From the NCBI GenBank assembly GCA_051294905.1, contig CM119371.1, positions 20,586,001 through 20,650,000 on the forward strand: DNA of 64,000 nt, read 5' to 3'. Positions 63,631 through 64,000 of the stretch are shown one piece after another; within the stretch, counting starts at the first letter, position 1; each line of letters starts with the position of its first letter. A program made the translations under genes and the position numbers. The notes under the pieces are model-generated. The model did no database searches, had not been told where the DNA came from, and worked only from the letters and a program-made list of their open reading frames with translations. Source of the DNA: Botryllus schlosseri (taxonomy: Eukaryota).

Positions 63631-64000
63631 ATCTAATAGTATACATAAGGTATATCTTACGCCAATTTTGAATCTGCATTCCAGTTGTTGAGTCTTTTAC
63701 ATTGCTGACAAATTTCTCCAAACTTGTTTGAAAATAACAAAAAAAAACATTGAACAAGACATCCATTAATTAATTTCAAGGTAGGTCACCCTGCGACTAA
63801 TCCTGATGCTGGTAGTGAGTACAGAGAGCAAAGCGTCGTTCTGTCCCGCCAGGCTAAATTTGATCAGTTTTGGAAATTAATTAAATTGTGTTGATTTATA
63901 GCCTAATGGAGGGCGAAACTGGGCAAATGTTGCATTAAGTCTGTCTTAGTAGCTTTGCTACTAACAAGAGCTGCCCAGCGCGACAAGCTTTAGGCTACTG

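Overview
This is eukaryotic, AT-rich, intron- and repeat-rich DNA. It looks like an invertebrate animal; the species cannot be determined from the sequence. Bases ~2.6-39.4 kb (+) hold the 3' part of a multi-exon gene for a helical/coiled-coil protein, tentatively with GBP/atlastin-like helical repeats. Its introns are packed with hAT MITEs (many with exact 8-bp TSDs), SINEs, a Gypsy pol remnant and an R4-type LINE remnant. The main feature is a pair of EnSpm/CACTA (CMC)-type DNA transposons lying tail to tail, 78 bp apart. Element A (44451-50035; CCCAGCAAACAC TIRs, GT TSD) is non-autonomous and carries a decayed spliced DUF4806-like gene. Element B (50114-58790; CACTGTAAAT TIRs, TA TSD) looks intact: an intronless 813-aa zinc-finger transposase lies entirely inside intron 1 of a same-strand, 8-exon, ~507-aa SAM-domain (SAMD3-like) gene, and that intron splits the SAM domain. 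All calls come from reading motifs by eye; no database searches were run.
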